Positions 22,652 through 36,980 are shown, counted from the first letter of the stretch. The stretch: DNA of 64,000 bases from Octopus sinensis (GCF_006345805.1 NC_043001.1:8246001-8310000), one strand, 5' to 3'. Program-made: numbers and translations. Notes: generated by a model from the letters alone, not told the origin.

Positions 22652-25600
22652 CAGATTATATCTCACACTTACTGATCCGAAAATTAGTTTGAAATCACAA
22701 AAAGGATACTAATGGCAGGTTCGGACAATCCATATTTTAAAGCTTTAAGGAATAAAATTTCTGGATAGTGCGAAAATTTAGGATTCATGACGTGAAATTT
22801 AAGAAATAAAGCTCTTTGCGTAATCGAAGAAATTTTCGTGGGTAGAACATTCGCAAAATTTGCTGAAAGTTAAATTATAATAAAAATATTATGAGAGCTT
22901 AAATCATAATTATGCCTATATCTGTAGGTGTGCTCGCGTGTGTGTATGTGTGTGTGCGTTTGAGTATGAAACATTTATTAGCAATTGTATTTACTGTTGG
23001 CGAATTATAACAATTATACTAAATTTCGTACCAAACTTAAAGTTATACCCTTGGGTACATATACTCCATCAAAACTTTAAAAGACGTGTTCCAGTATATC
23101 CGTAATACAATTGGCAGCAAAATGATAAATGAATAAATGAATAAATGTATAGAGACCTTAGGCTAATTTATTACGTATAATATATGAAAATGTATCTATA
23201 ATAGTTTATTCCTTGATTTTCCTCCATTCTGTATTAACCAATTATCTCGTCAGTTATGAACACATTATGCCTCAGATTTCATTATATAATCAGAACGTCA
23301 CATACATAGACGGAAACTAACCAACAATATTATACAGTTTGGGACATTCGCTTTAGCAGATGACAATTAATTGCTAAGTGAATTTGTGACATAATTCATG
23401 GCGTATGAAATTGTTTACAAATATTACGCTGCACTTTTCGTTAGGGCCATATTTATAACTCAATAACTCTACTGGTGACATAAACTCTCTTTTAAAGCTG
23501 CTGTTATTCTTAGTCTTTGGAATATGTGTGCATATGTGTCTGCTTATGATTATATTTCTGTAATGTTCCTTTTCATAACTCTCACCGCTGTTACACTCAC
23601 AGTGATAAACGCGATTCTCTTCCCTTTTTCTTCATTCATTTTCCTATCTCTGCATCTCTCTCCTTCTCACTTTCTCATTCTCATTCCTTCTCCCTCTCTT
23701 TCTCTGTTTCTCTTCTTTTCTAGTTCTCTTCCTCTTTTTTTCTCTCTCTCTCTCTCATTCTCTCTCTCTTTCTCTCTCTCTCTCCACTCTGTATCTCGCT
23801 CGCTTGCCAAGTGGCTTTTCTTAACTCATCATATGTCACAGTGTAACGTAAGTAATATTATTTTGATAGGGTAAATCATTTTTCTTTTTATTCTCAAAAC
23901 GTTTCCACTTCCCCATTACAGGGTTCAATCAAAGCTACCATTTCGTTTTTTATTTTACTTTAAAGACCATGTGGTCTTAAAGAGACATCAGTGTAGGACA
24001 AGTTCATCCCACGTCGTATACTTGTACAATTTACCAGTTGTTTCTATGACAAACTGCTGTCTATGGAGATCAATTTTAAGCACACACACAAAAGAAGGCA
24101 ATTTCATTATGCAGTTACATGAGGGCTTTGGAGTATAGCGCTTATGTTATATCTGAATTAATATAAAAGGCTTTCTATATTCGTGAGTATAACAAATGGC
24201 AAATGTCAATTTTCATTTGAAGGGTTTCGGCGTTAGTTAATTAAGAGCTGTTGATTATAACAGTTATAGCTGGAACAATTGTGCAGAGGGCATACTTTCT
24301 ATTCCAGGTCTGATACAATGAGCTGGATCAATTGTGAGATAATGTTCTCCTCAGAGAAATATAACCGACGAAATATGCTACTTGACTTGGGATTCCCTGC
24401 AACGTAAATATCGAGACGTTGAATTATTTCTGTGTTTTATTTTGTCTCAATGTCATAAATTCGAGGATTCTAATCATGGGTACGCTTCGCCGAGAATCTT
24501 TCTATATATACTAACTTGTGGAAAGTATGCTCTCGCATTACAATATAGCGTTAGGAAAATTTTCAGTGTTGAATGCGTGATCTTCGAAGAGAGAACACGA
24601 GCAAAATAATAGAAAACACATGAGAAGGTCTTAAACACGATAATAAAAGGTACTTTGGAAATAATCTTTAACTGATTGATTACTATTTATGCAAACTCAT
24701 GAGCCACCACCGGAATGAGGATTGGGACATTTTAGAATAAATCTGTGCAGCATCACGCATTTGCTTTGTTACCATGTTTACTTTAATTTCGCAGCTCAGA
24801 TCATCGAATGTTTATGCGAAATATTCGAGTACGGCAATTTATTTGGCTCACCGTACTAAACAATATCTCCTTGATTGTGTTCTTTGGACTCTGTCTGATT
24901 GCGTACATGCGCCAGGTGAAAATTCTATTCATTCTAATTCCTAGTACACATTCATAAATTCTCTTTTTGCACTTAGTATCTTTATTACTATCTTACTTAT
25001 ATTTTGCTATGTCAAAGGTCAAACCTAATATGTCCGTTGATCTGTATTTTCTCGGTTAAACGAAATGTGGTTAATGATTAGATTTTTACCATGTTCTTGT
25101 AATACATTTTCTTACTACCGAATTAGTAGGGATTACTATAGCCATGTTTTATCTTGGTTTTAATGGTTTCATAATGTTCGTGGTTATTTCTCTTTCTTTT
25201 TGAAACTGCATAACATATTAGCTTCTGTTTTGTATTCTTTAGCTTCTTCTGTTCTTGTCTTGTAGCTATTTATATTCATTTATTTACTAGATATTCTCGG
25301 AACCTGACAGTGGAGAGCTCATAATAATTGTCTCGTACTATAAAACACCTGCACTGCTGTTTATAAAGCTCATGTATCGCTGTCTTAAAAATAATATATC
25401 GACATCAAATACTGGATGATAGAGTCTGAATTCATTTATTATTTTTCTTATTTATAAACGGTCAAGCCTTGCTAGTTCATTCAGTGTGTCGTAGAGAAAA
25501 TAATAACTGCGTTGTACTATTCTGGATGCAAGATTATTAATATTCATACCAATTAACTTACATTTACTAATATATACATAATTTATTAAAACTAAAATAT

Positions 25601-26346
25601 GTCTGCGTATGCATCTCCTACTCTTATAGTATGTTCGTTTCCTTCATTTCTAAGCATTTGTGTATCTGAATATATTTCAGTTGACTTTACCTACCTGTAT
25701 GTAGTTTTTTGTTTTGATTTTTCTTTTTTTGTTTGTTGGTAATGTTTTTCTTTAATCTTTATTAAGACCTTTTCTCATTTTAGTTTTCCCCCCAAAAAAA
25801 CTCTCTCTTCATTAGTGCTTATTTTTTCGTCGTATGATGTCCACCCGGAGCGATTCTAAACGATTTGTAACACGTTAAAGTTGTTAAAAGAGAGACAGAG
25901 AAAGTCTCCTATTCGGAATATTGTAATTCCATTTGAAATAGAGAGATTTTTGTTATGCACTTTTTTTTTACTTTATATTTATTATGAATTTTTCACACTC
26001 GGGAGAAAGTTAAGTTATTTGTTTGTTATTAGTTGTAGTTCAATAATGTCTCAAATGTAGAAGCACAATACTGGGGGAAAACAGTCAAAAGCATTCCGAT
26101 AACCTAAGCTCTGTGATAATCTAAGCTATTTCTTCTTCCATCTACATGTTGTGTTTACGGATTTGGTAAAACGTAATCTGGACGAGCGTCCATATCACTA
26201 TTGCCGGCGGAAGTCATATTGTCTACAGTTCAAATAATTAGGCTCTAGGTAGACAGGTAAAAGGGATTTGTAATAGGGTTTGGTATTTCATTCGTTGGGT
26301 TTTATATAAAGTATTTAGTGCATGGTAGTTATTGTGTTTATTTAGT

Positions 26347-26730
26347 GGAGGTGCAATGAAACAGTGGTTAGAGCAGCGGACTCGCGGTCGTAGGATCGCG
26401 GTTTCGATTCCCAGACCGGGCGTTATGAGTGTTTATTGAACGAAAGCACCTAAAGCTCCACGAGGCTCCGGCAGGGGATGGTAGTGATCCCTGCTGTACT
26501 CTTTCACCACAACTTTCTCTCACTCTTACTTCCTGTTTCTCTTGTACCTGTATTTCAAAGGGCCGGCTTGTCACTCTCTGTGTCACACTGAATCTCCCCG
26601 AGAACTACGTTAAGGGTACACGTGTCTGTGGAGTGCTCAGCCACTTACACGTTAATTTCACGAGCAGGCTGTTCCGTTGGTCGGATCAACCGGAACCCTC
26701 ATCGTCGTAACCGACGGAGTGCTTCCATCC
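26347..26730 (+). mobile_element. SINE family B, long tail variant 3
   Basis: Family B head plus the ...GAATCTCCCCGAGAACTACGTTAAGGGTACAC... tail shared with 31072, 43273 and 62933. Confidence 0.88.
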
Positions 26731-26797
26731 ATATTACGTTTATTTACTTATATATTTATTTATTCATTTATTTATTTTTGTCTGTAGTGTAGACAGT

Positions 26798-27050
26798 GGG
26801 AGCGCGGGGCTTAGTGCTTAGGGTGTCAGCATTATGATCGTAAGATTGTGGTTTCGATTCCTGGACCGGGCGACGTGTTGTGTTCTTGCGCAAAACACTT
26901 CATTTCACGTTGCTCCAGTCCACTCAGCTGGCAAAAATGAGTAAAGCTGCGATGGACTGACGGTCCGTCCAACTGGGGAACACATACGCCATTGAAACCG
27001 GGAAATCGGGCCCATGAGCCTGGCTAGGATTTAAAAGGGGCGCATTTTAA
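26798..27050 (+). mobile_element. SINE family C head/core with an alternative tail
   Basis: GGTTTCGATTCCTGGACCGGG...TGTTCTTGCGCAAAACACTT; flanks TAGTGTAGA on both sides (probable TSD). Confidence 0.75.
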
Positions 27051-27593
27051 ATTTTATTTTAGTGTAGAGAGCGAGGAATCATTCTCTATGGAAGAGGCAG
27101 AAAATGTATCAAGTAATTTCAGAATATTTTGATGTTTTTAAAGATATGTTTACGATTGGCATGCTTATATTTTTAGAAATACTGCCAAATATCAGAATGC
27201 TACAGATAAGTATTCCCATTTTATAGAATATGTATATAAGCATATTTGTAAGCGGACAGGCCCAATATTTCCCTTCACATTTAATATTTAAATCATCTTT
27301 TCTACTGATCATTTGTCTTTGATCGATAGTTTCTTGCGTTTCTCCACTCTGCAAAATACCGTACAAATTGAACGAGGAGATTTTCATCTAAGATGCGATC
27401 TCATATAAAACTTTATACATTCGTTAAAGAGGTGGCCCAGTCTAAACTCAAATGTATTTTTCCTTATATATTAAAAGAAATTGTTTTCTTAAAATTTCAC
27501 CGAAATATAGATACGATCAGGAGATGTGCTGTCAAATTGGAATATATCGGGAGGTATTCTTTCGAAGCTAGAGATTGCTTATACACGCCTGGA

Positions 27594-27823
27594 GGCGGCA
27601 AGCTGGCAGAAACTTTAACATGCCGGGCGAAATGCTTAGCAGTATTCTGTCTACTGTTGCGTTCTGAGTTCAAATTCCGCCGAGGTCGGCTTTGCTTTTC
27701 ATCCTTTCGGGGTCGATTAAATAATTACCAGTTGTGCACTGGAGTCGATGTAATCGACTTAAACCCTTTGTCTGCCCTTGATTGTCCCCTCTATGTTTAA
27801 ATCCCTGTGTGCAATAAAGATAT
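27594..27823 (+). mobile_element. SINE family A
   Basis: Full head, body and tail homology. Confidence 0.88.
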
Positions 27824-28333
27824 AAATATATATACAGGCCTGGATGTATTATAACCCATGTTCTGGGACTGAATCGGAAGATTCTCCGTTGGTAATCCGG
27901 GCAAAGAGCAAGTTTATGTTAATATATTGGAACCGTGTTACCAAGTTGAGTACACACTATAGTTTTCATATAACGTGTTCTACTTAATAGTAATTAAATT
28001 GACTAAGTAGAACATCCACTACACGCTGTTTCTTTTTATTTTCAGTTACATTCTTGTTTATTACAATGAAGTACATCGACATAAGAAAATGCATTATAGT
28101 CTGGTCTTCTGGAATAAATGTTTATGAAACTGTAAAAGAGTTTAAACGTCTATCAATGATGTCTGATTCTTGGCGCAGCCATGTCTGTGAGGCAAGAAAT
28201 TTGCTTCAGAATCACATGGGCCAGAGATCCGTCCCACTGTGTGATACATATGGCAAATGTTCTCAACTATAGTTTCGAGACGACCTTACTTGTGTGAATG
28301 GTTTGCTAAACGAAGACTGAACAGTAACCAATC

Positions 28334-28456
28334 GTATGTATGTATGTATGTATGTATGTATGTATGTATGTATGTATGTATGTATGTATGTATGTATGTA
28401 TGTATGTACGTATGTATATATGTATGTATGTATATATACATATATATATATATATA
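28334..28456. repeat. (TATG)n microsatellite
   Basis: Visible directly. Confidence 0.95.
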
Positions 28457-28457
28457 A

Positions 28458-28582
28458 AGGGAAAGTTTAGGAAAAAAACAAAAGACGAAGACAGGTGGTG
28501 TACAAAACAAACAGATGTATTAGTATAGCGCTCAGGAATAGAAAATGTCTTTTGCATTTTGAGCCTACGCTCTTCCACAGAG
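28458..28582 (-). mobile_element. 9104-type variant-hammerhead element
   Basis: GAGCCTACGCTCTTCCACAG and upstream homology. Confidence 0.65.
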
Positions 28583-28801
28583 AGTTACATAAAATAAGTT
28601 TCAAAAAATAGTATATAAGATAAATATGAAAAGAATATAGTATAAAAATAAAGTTATGACGAAAGGGACAGTTTTACGAAAAGTTCAAAAGTTTGTAGAC
28701 GCCGTGGTGTATTTCAAGGATTTCACATCAATAGTATAGACACTGTGTTTAGGAGAGGTGCAACCAGAGGGTAAGTATCTGTAGACGTAAAGTATCCGTA
28801 A

Positions 28802-28837
<36 letters not shown>

Positions 28838-28840
<3 letters not shown>

Positions 28841-29012
28841 GAATTTGAAAAAAGAAAAGACGAAGACGGATTTGTAAACAACAAACAGTTGTATTAGTTT
28901 AACACTCGGGATGTGAGAAAGTTTATTACTTTTCGACCCTACGCTCTTCGACAGAAAGGAACACAGAAATAAACAGGGAGAGAAAATAGAAAACAGGTTT
29001 AGTGGCTAGCGA
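28838..29012 (-). mobile_element. 9104-type variant-hammerhead element
   Basis: TTTCGACCCTACGCTCTTCGACAGAAAG homology. Confidence 0.65.
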
Positions 29013-29461
29013 TGTATTTTGGTGGATGTTTGTGCGATTGTGTGTATAAAAAATGGAGAGATCCAATGAGTATATATTAATTTAATTAATGAACATTGCC
29101 TGCAATTGTTTCATTTGTCACCCAATTTCAATTACGTGACATGCTTAATAATATAAGTTTGTATTTTGTTTACCCTGAATGGTGAAAGATCTTCAGGGCA
29201 AAATGGACATTACGTAATTTACATTTTGATCAATTGAAATACTCCAACAGACTAAGCAGATGATATCGTGTTTATTGTGCGTATGCGCATGCGTTAATAA
29301 TTTTATTTTTATTGAAATACAATTATAATAATAATGAATTAATGTATACAAGAATGAAAATAAAGGATAAAAATATAGATTAATAATAAATACTGATAAT
29401 AAGAACTATTATAGTAATAGTAAAAATTATTGAAATAAAAATGGATTTTAAACTATTTTAC

Positions 29462-29520
<59 letters not shown>

Positions 29521-31071
29521 AGTCCTTGCGTTTGTGTTCGTTTGCCACTCGGTGTTGATGTGTTCATGTCACTGTGACTTAGAGTTTCAGCATAAGAAAC
29601 CAACTCCATACATAGCAGAATTTAAAGTTCATTCAACTAAAAATTCTTCAGTCAAAAAAACAGAAAGAGAAGATAAAATATTAGGGCATCGGATAACGCG
29701 AGAAACTTTAATGGTTTTGAAAATATGAGGAGCTCTGTGATTGTGGAGAAACTCCTCTGTTCAGCTTCCTTTGTTACGTGTGACACATTATGGCTTCTAT
29801 AATATTCCCATAGATTATTTCGCTTTTAAAATTGGGCTTTTATTATCTCTCAGGCTGTCATGTTCATTATCTTTTATATAAATATCTGCTACCTTCAAAT
29901 AAAAGATTTGTGGTTTTATTTAATGGTGTTATAGTGTCAATATGGTACTTCTTGAGTTCTTCTTTTAAACATTTGACTAGTTGTAATCAGATGTTTTTCG
30001 GTGCGTACAGTATATTTTATTCGGAATTCTATCCGTATTTATATTAATATTTTGAGACGGATTATAAATTTTCATCTGACTAATTTTGTATATTTCGCTA
30101 AGTCGAATATCTCTTGTATAATTCAATTTCTTTTCCAAATAGGCTTTGTTCTTCTGTTAATTTCTATACTGTAGGAAAATATAGTTCCCTTAATCTGGAA
30201 TATTTTATTTTCGTAAGTATGGAAGCGTACAGAATAAAAAAGAAACAAACATAATCCGCACAACCGAAATGAGCATCTGAATTCCATGGTCTTTTATCTT
30301 CCTTGTTTAGTAATAACAGACTCTGTTAACGTTACTTGTGACTAATGTGTCTTTCTCTATAACAACAATAACTCTATACATGTTGTATTAGCTTTACTTT
30401 TTCACGAACATAATATTGATTGTAAAATTTGTCACAAGGCCAGAAATTTAGAGGAAGATAAATCGATTACAATGACTCAAATACTATCTATTTAAATACA
30501 AGTTGAGGACCAGTGTCGATGTAATCGAATTATACCCACGCTGGACCTTGTCAAAAATTGACACCTAAGCCCTAAGTCGAACTCGTCAGAAGATAACGGT
30601 AGACAAAATGCCGCTAACCAATTTTCCCAGCATCCTGATGAGTTTCCCAGCACGCTGCCTTGATTCGCTATCATAATATTAATTACAGATTCAAATGTTT
30701 TAGACTGTTGCCTATGTCTTGAGGTTGTAGATATTATATAAGTTGTTGCCGGGAAAATACCGTTATCTTAAGCACAACGACCTACGTTTGAAATGCTGTT
30801 ACAGATATAGGAATCCGTAATATTGCTTTTGTTATCTGTAGTATTATTGTGTACTATAGTCTTGACGCCTTCTTAGATTTTATCATTCTAATATTTAGCA
30901 CTACAGCCATCGATTCCTCTCTTTAGAGTAACACTGGTTAACAAATTAATTGTAACATACATCCTGGATTAATGCACGTTGTTGTCCTGTGTTTGTATAT
31001 TAGCAGCTTAATTCAAAATTTATTGGTTTTCTGTCAGTAATCTATTGATATGTACGACATATGTCGATTTC

Positions 31072-31443
31072 GTGGCCCTCCGTCGGTTACCACGATGAGG
31101 GTTGCAGTTGATCCAACCAACGGAACAGGCTGCTCCTGAAATTAGCGTGCGAGTAGCTGAGCACTCCACAGACACATGTACCCTTAACGTAGTTCTCGGG
31201 GAGATTCAGCGTGACACAGAGTGTGACAAAGCTGGCCCTTTGAAATGAAGGTACAACAGAAACAGGAAGAAAGAGTGGGAGAAAATTGTGGTAAAAGAGT
31301 ACAGCAGGGTTCCCCAACACCCCGAGCCGGATCCTATGGAAATTTAGGTCTTTTCCGTCAATAAACACTCGCAAAGCTCGGTCTGGGTATCGAAACCTCG
31401 GTGCTACGACCGCAGCCCTAACCACTGGGACACTGCGCCTCCA
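31072..31443 (-). mobile_element. SINE family B, long tail
   Basis: Reverse complement of the 26347 copy. Confidence 0.85.
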
Positions 31444-31942
31444 CTATATCTACGTATATTAGTTTTCAAGAACAATATTTATTTATTGATCTTCTGTATG
31501 GATTTGGAAGACCAATGAAAGATTGAAAGTAACATCTGACGGCATTTGAATAAATTTTCGCTTAATTACTTCCTTTCTGCTCTCTTTCTGGCTGTTATTG
31601 CCATTGATTTCTGCCTTGTACCAGAAAACCTTTAAGGGAGGATACTTATCCAGGGCGCCGTGCTTTGTTTTGAGGGATACAAAGCTATACAACGCGCAGC
31701 GGGAGATTCAAATCTTATTATCAATATTATTAATATTTTAGTTTGACTGAAGGTAGAATTTATATGGATAGTCTGTTACTGGCCGTAACCTCAGGTTCGA
31801 AGAGTTTTCAGCAGTCTTTCAAGTGCTTAGAACCCCACTGATAATCCTTGCTGTCCCTAACAGACGAACCTTCGGCAAGAGATCCACAAGGTATTCTATT
31901 CCAGTTTCCTTCAGCCATCTTTTCTATATTTTTGCTCACTAA

Positions 31943-32197
31943 GGCGGCGAGCTAGCAGAAAGTTTAGCGCGCCGGGCGAAATACTCAGTGTAATTCGTCT
32001 GTCTCCTCCTACAACCGTTGACTAACTTCATCAAATTTTAACTGCAATGTTCTGGGTTCATATTCCGCCAAGGTCAACTTTGCTTTTCATCCTTTCGGTG
32101 TCGATAAATTAAGTACCAATTGCGTACTGGGGCCAATCTAATCGACTGGTCTCCGCCCCAAAAATTTCAGGCCTTGTGCCTAGAGTAGAAAAGTATA
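31943..32197 (+). mobile_element. SINE family A carrying a 38-bp foreign insert
   Basis: Family A homology; TSD TTTTGCTYACTAA; insert at 32002-32039. Confidence 0.85.
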
Positions 32198-32669
32198 ATT
32201 TTGCTTACTAAATTGAGCGAGATTATACTGAAGGCAAATATTAAAGGGGACAACGAGTCTCTTTCAAACATTCCGCTCTTTATATTAACTGACCCCAAGC
32301 CTGTTTCAGCTGAGTAGATATCTACTTTCTATTTCTTTATATTAATGGTAATAAATTTTCTTATATTGTCTGCAATATTGAATATACTCAAACATCCTCT
32401 TATCCACGAGTGTAAAATCTTTGCGTAGGATTAATTAGAATCTATCCACAGTAGTGTTAATTTTTTCTTTCTAGATTTAACTCCATTTAGAAATGATTTG
32501 TTTCTGTACAATACAACATGAGTTCCTCTAATTTTCTTCCTGCAACTATTCTGTTCTTCTGGCTACGCATTCTGGTTGTCGAGGGGCCCGTAAATGCGTT
32601 CTGAGAGCATTCATTTTAACAGCTTCCACACTAAGGGTAAGAAAGTGATTGGTCTATAATTGTTACCTT

Positions 32670-33083
32670 TGCTCTTTTACTCTTTACACTTTTACTTGTT
32701 TCAGTCATTTGACTGTGGCCATGCTGGAGCACCGCCTTTAGTCGAGCAAATCGACCCCGGGACTTATTCTTTGTAAGCCCAGTACTTATTCTATCGGTCT
32801 CTTTTGCCGAACCGCTAGGTGACGGGGACGTAAACACACCAGCATCGGTTGTCAAGCAATGCTAGGGGGGCAAACACAGACACACAAACACAAATACATA
32901 TATATATATATATACATATATACGACAGGCGTCTTTCAGTTTCCGTCTACCAAATCCACTCACAAGGCATTGGTCGGCCCGGGGCTATAGCAGAAGACAC
33001 TTGCCCAAGATGCCACGCAGTGGGACTGAACCCGGACCCATGTGGTTGGTAAGCAAGCTACTTACCACACAGCCACTCCTGCG
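32670..33083 (-). mobile_element. SINE family D, full length
   Basis: Reverse complement of the 15238 copy; (GTAAAAGA)n-like tail. Confidence 0.9.
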
Positions 33084-33412
33084 TTTATGTATTTTAAGGA
33101 GCATTATTCTGCCTCTAGACATCCATTCTGGCTTTAGCCCACCATTCAAAAAACCTTGAATTGGTGCCCTCTGTCTTGCATGTAAATTATTAAATTTGTT
33201 TAACCAATATTCTTGGATTATATCTCTTCCTGAGCCCTTTCATGTTTGTTGATTTTTGCTCATATCTTATTCATTCATGCACTGGGTCGTCTTAGATTTC
33301 GTTGCTTCTCATTCACTATCATCCTTCTCCTCTTCCTCTTCCTCCTCCTCCTCCTCCTCTTCATTATCACCCTACTCCGCATTATTATCATTATTAATAT
33401 TATCATTATTAA

Positions 33413-33448
<36 letters not shown>

Positions 33449-33699
33449 GCTCTTCTTTCAACTTTGTTTCCGTCCCTTGTCTTACCAACACCCGGGGTAA
33501 GGAAACTCACAGTATACATTGGTAGTCAATCAAAATAAAAACACCAGGTTGATTATTTACAGTCATGTGATAAAGAAGAAGTGAAACAAACAAAGAAAAA
33601 AAATGAAAGCAGGAAAAATAAAGAAAATAGAAAAAATAACTAAACAAACAGAAATAAAAAAAATAACGGAGAATAAAGGAAAGAAAATTGATAACGGTA

Positions 33700-33900
33700 A
33701 TGTTTTTTTTTTGTCTTGTTTTTAGTTAAAGGAATCTTTAACGCTTCTTGCATGAATTATCAGCCAGAGATAATCATCAAATAATTATCAATTCCTCTTT
33801 TGATCTTTCCAAGTGTTCCTCCAATCTCTCGTATTATAACCTACTTCAGTTGTGGCATGCTTTCCATTTCAATTAGGAAATCCTCAAAATTTTTGAGTTC
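33700..33900 (-). pseudogene. Highly decayed RLE-LINE C-terminal fragment
   Basis: FEDFLIEMESM..LK*VII..IGGTLGKIK resembles the KYxDL.IE..MW..PxIVGALG motif. Confidence 0.4.
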
Positions 33901-33930
33901 ATGTTATATTATGATCTGTTATTATTATTA

Positions 33931-34001
<71 letters not shown>

Positions 34002-34019
34002 GATGTTGTCGTTGTCCTT

Positions 34020-34598
34020 GTTGCTTTTGCACAGCTTCTAACGCTGGAGATGTACTACAGTGTCAGTTGTTCACTACCAGTGAACTAAAGGTAATTAATA
34101 CCTCTTATGTTTTCGAGCACCTTCCGCAGTATTCGAGCGTCTCCAAACAGTGCAGTTTTCTGCAACTGCTCCACCCATATTGCAGCCCCTATTTGTTCCA
34201 CGTACTTCCCCAGATTTTATACTCACTGTTCCCAAGGCTCCGACAATTATTGATACTACTTCTACCTCTTTCATCGACCACAACTGCTTAACTTCCCAAG
34301 CTAACCTGTCATATCTCTCAACTTTTCTCTCTTCCTTATCGCTTACATCATACATTGTTGTCAGGCATGCTATATCTATGATCCAGCATAGTTTGTTTTC
34401 TTTCTCAATTAAGGCTATGTCCGGTTTCCTATTTTCTATCTCATGGTCACACTGAATCATAAAATCGCATTGGATCTTTGCATTTCCATTTTCGACCATG
34501 CCTTCAAGTTTGTGGTCGTACTTATTTTTTGCTCTGTCAAGTCCATGCTTGTTGTAAAGTGTCCAATGGACAAGCCTGGCTATATTGTCGTGGCGTCT
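34020..34598 (-). pseudogene. R4/Dong-like restriction-like endonuclease 3' fragment next to (TTA)n
   Basis: ORF 34095-34499: RKPDIALI..IIDIAC..KVERYDRLA..LW..IIVGALG (PD-(D/E)xK RLE motifs). Confidence 0.85.
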
Positions 34599-34599
34599 A

Positions 34600-34956
34600 T
34601 TATTATTACCTCGTGCCTGGTTTGCTTATTTGTTCGTTTGATCAGCCATGGAAAACATATCTCAAGAACCGCTCGATGCATTTGGATGAACTTTTCAGGG
34701 AAGTTTGGCCACTGGACTAAGCACGAACTGATGATATTTTGGGATCGATCCGACACCAGACAAGGTTTCTGGATTATTTTTCCTGTTTTCTTTTACTTAA
34801 TTTTTGAGAATGGTCGGGTTCATTTTTAGTATTTTTATTTGTGAGAGCAGTTGAGTTTATTTCAGATATTATTATTTTAAAATCAACTCCGGCTAATCTT
34901 TGAGAGGACGTTGGTGTTGACTTAGCGAAGGTTTGCGTTCTCTGAGTGCTCGTGTT
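34600..34956 (+). mobile_element. Helentron-associated non-autonomous element (HINE/DINE-like), degenerate
   Basis: 5' TTATTACCTC, ATATCTCAAGAACC...TTTGGATGAACTTTTCAGG, and a 3' GAAGGTTTGCGTTCTCTGAGTGC hairpin end; similarity judged from memory of the family layout. Confidence 0.55.
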
Positions 34957-35486
34957 ATTATTATTGAGTGGTAGAGCAGTACATGCCATCAAAGTGACAC
35001 TGAAGTAAAATATACGAAGCCCGATATAGCCGTCATGACTACGTGACTAAGAAGTGTGCACAATCCACATGACTCACGTACATCTCAAGATAAACAGAGC
35101 AGGACTTTGTATGGATCACAGTAAGAATTTCCATCATTTTAAGTATCCCATCCTCCTCAAAAGGTCCCTGTGTAAGAGTTGTCGATTGACGATGAACAAA
35201 ACACGTATATTTCAAGGGGTGAAATATTCAAACCACAAAGAATTTCTCTCAACAGAGGGCTATAAAGCTCCCTTTCTACTCCTGCTCAAGATCAGAGATG
35301 CACACATCAGCCACTAAGTGACATGCTCAACTTGTTAAGGTCAAGTAACTGACAACCAAATCTGTGGTACCGCGTAGAATATTTGTTGTAGCCACCAAGA
35401 AAAGACATGTGCATGAAAACATTTCCAATCACTTAAAATCAGAAGCCATGACAGCCATTGCCTGATATTGCATCAGGACATTTATG

Positions 35487-35564
35487 ATCATCATCGTCGT
35501 CATCATCATCATCATCATCATCGTCATCATCGTCATCATCGTCTTCATCGTCTTCATCATCATC

Positions 35565-35595
<31 letters not shown>

Positions 35596-35696
35596 CCATC
35601 ATCGTCGTCACATCATAATCATTATTATTATTATTGTTGTTGTTGTTGTTGTTATTATTATTGTTGTTATTATTATTATTGTTGTTATTATTATTA

Positions 35697-35727
<31 letters not shown>

Positions 35728-35846
35728 CATTATTATTATTATTGTTATTATTATTATTGTTATTATTGTTATTATTATTATTATTGTTGTTATTATTATT
35801 GTAATTATTATTATTATCATTATTATTATTGTTGTTGTTATTATTA

Positions 35847-35879
<33 letters not shown>

Positions 35880-36031
35880 GTATTAGTATTATTATTGTTA
35901 TTATTATTATATTATTATTATTATTATTGTTATTATTGTTATTATTATTATTATTAGTATTATTATTGTTATTATTATTATTAATATTGTTATTATTGTT
36001 ATTATTATTATTATTAATATTAGTATTATTA

Positions 36032-36063
<32 letters not shown>

Positions 36064-36078
36064 GTTATTATTGTTATT

Positions 36079-36111
<33 letters not shown>

Positions 36112-36262
36112 GTTATTATTATTATTATTAATATTGTTATTATTGTTATTATTATTATTAGTATTATTATTGTTATTATTATTATAATTATTAATATTGT
36201 TATTATTGTTATTATTATTATTATTATTAGTATTATGATTGATTGATTGATTGATTGATTGA
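35487..36262. repeat. (CAT)n followed by a long (TTA/TTG)n microsatellite and (GATT)n
   Basis: Visible directly. Confidence 0.95.
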
Positions 36263-36704
36263 TTCTAGTTTCAGCTTATGAGCTGTGGCCATGCTGGGGT
36301 ACCGCCATTTGGTGGTGCTACTTGGTTTCACTTCACGAAAGCTTTCTAGCAACTGCCATTTGGTGCATGAGAGAGTTCGATGCAGCTGCCCTCATCTGCC
36401 CCTCCTGCCGTGAAGTTGGTTCATCTGGGACACCTGACAGGAAGAGATCCAGCTTTATTTTAAAGACATCTGCATCCACCCCATGCAGGTCTCTCAGGTT
36501 CTTCGGGAGGATATTGAAGAGCTGTGGGCCTCGGAAGCCCAGGCTATCACAGAATCTTGTCCTACATCTTGATGGCAAGTTTGGAGTCCTAGGCACCACG
36601 TAGTGGCGCCCAGTTCTGGCATTTGCGTAACTCTCGATGCCAAAGTTTAGGACACGTCCCTCCAGGATCTTCCAGATGTATATTATGGCATATCTTTCCC
36701 GCCT
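36236..36704 (-). mobile_element. 3' fragment of the same CR1-group LINE, inserted in (TTA)n
   Basis: High similarity to 5915-6351; intact C-terminus DLFLSGVPDEPT...; tail CAGCT-CATA-AGCTG-AAAC then (AATC)n. Confidence 0.9.
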
Positions 36705-36720
36705 AGTATTAGTATTATTA

Positions 36721-36761
<41 letters not shown>

Positions 36762-36885
36762 GTTATTATTGTTATTATTATTATTATTATTAGTAGTAGT
36801 AGTAGTAGTATTATTATTGTTATTATTATTATTATTAATATTGTTATTATTGCTATTATTATTAGTAGTAGTATTAGTATTATTA

Positions 36886-36920
<35 letters not shown>

Positions 36921-36930
36921 GTTATTATTG

Positions 36931-36980
<50 letters not shown>

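Larger units (their letters stand above)
31720..33300 (-). pseudogene. Decayed R4/Dong-like RLE non-LTR retrotransposon (RT + C-terminus), interrupted by two SINEs
   Basis: Manual translation gives PEWMSRGRIML, NYRPITFLPLVWKLL, PEEQNSCRKKIRGT, WIDSN*SY..ILHSWI, VNIKSGMFERDSLSPLIF and LLGTARII. Confidence 0.8.

Noticed and set aside
27061-27120. Possible small exon after TTTAG (SEESFSMEEAENV)
   Set aside because: The apparent acceptor lies in a SINE TSD and there is no supporting exon chain.
34965-35485. Complex sequence between (TTA) and (CAT)n, probably an interspersed repeat
   Set aside because: No second copy or protein motif in the window to support a classification.
35468-36187. 239-aa His/Ile/Leu-rich ORF and all YIYI/THTH/CVCV ORFs
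   Set aside because: These are translations of microsatellites.
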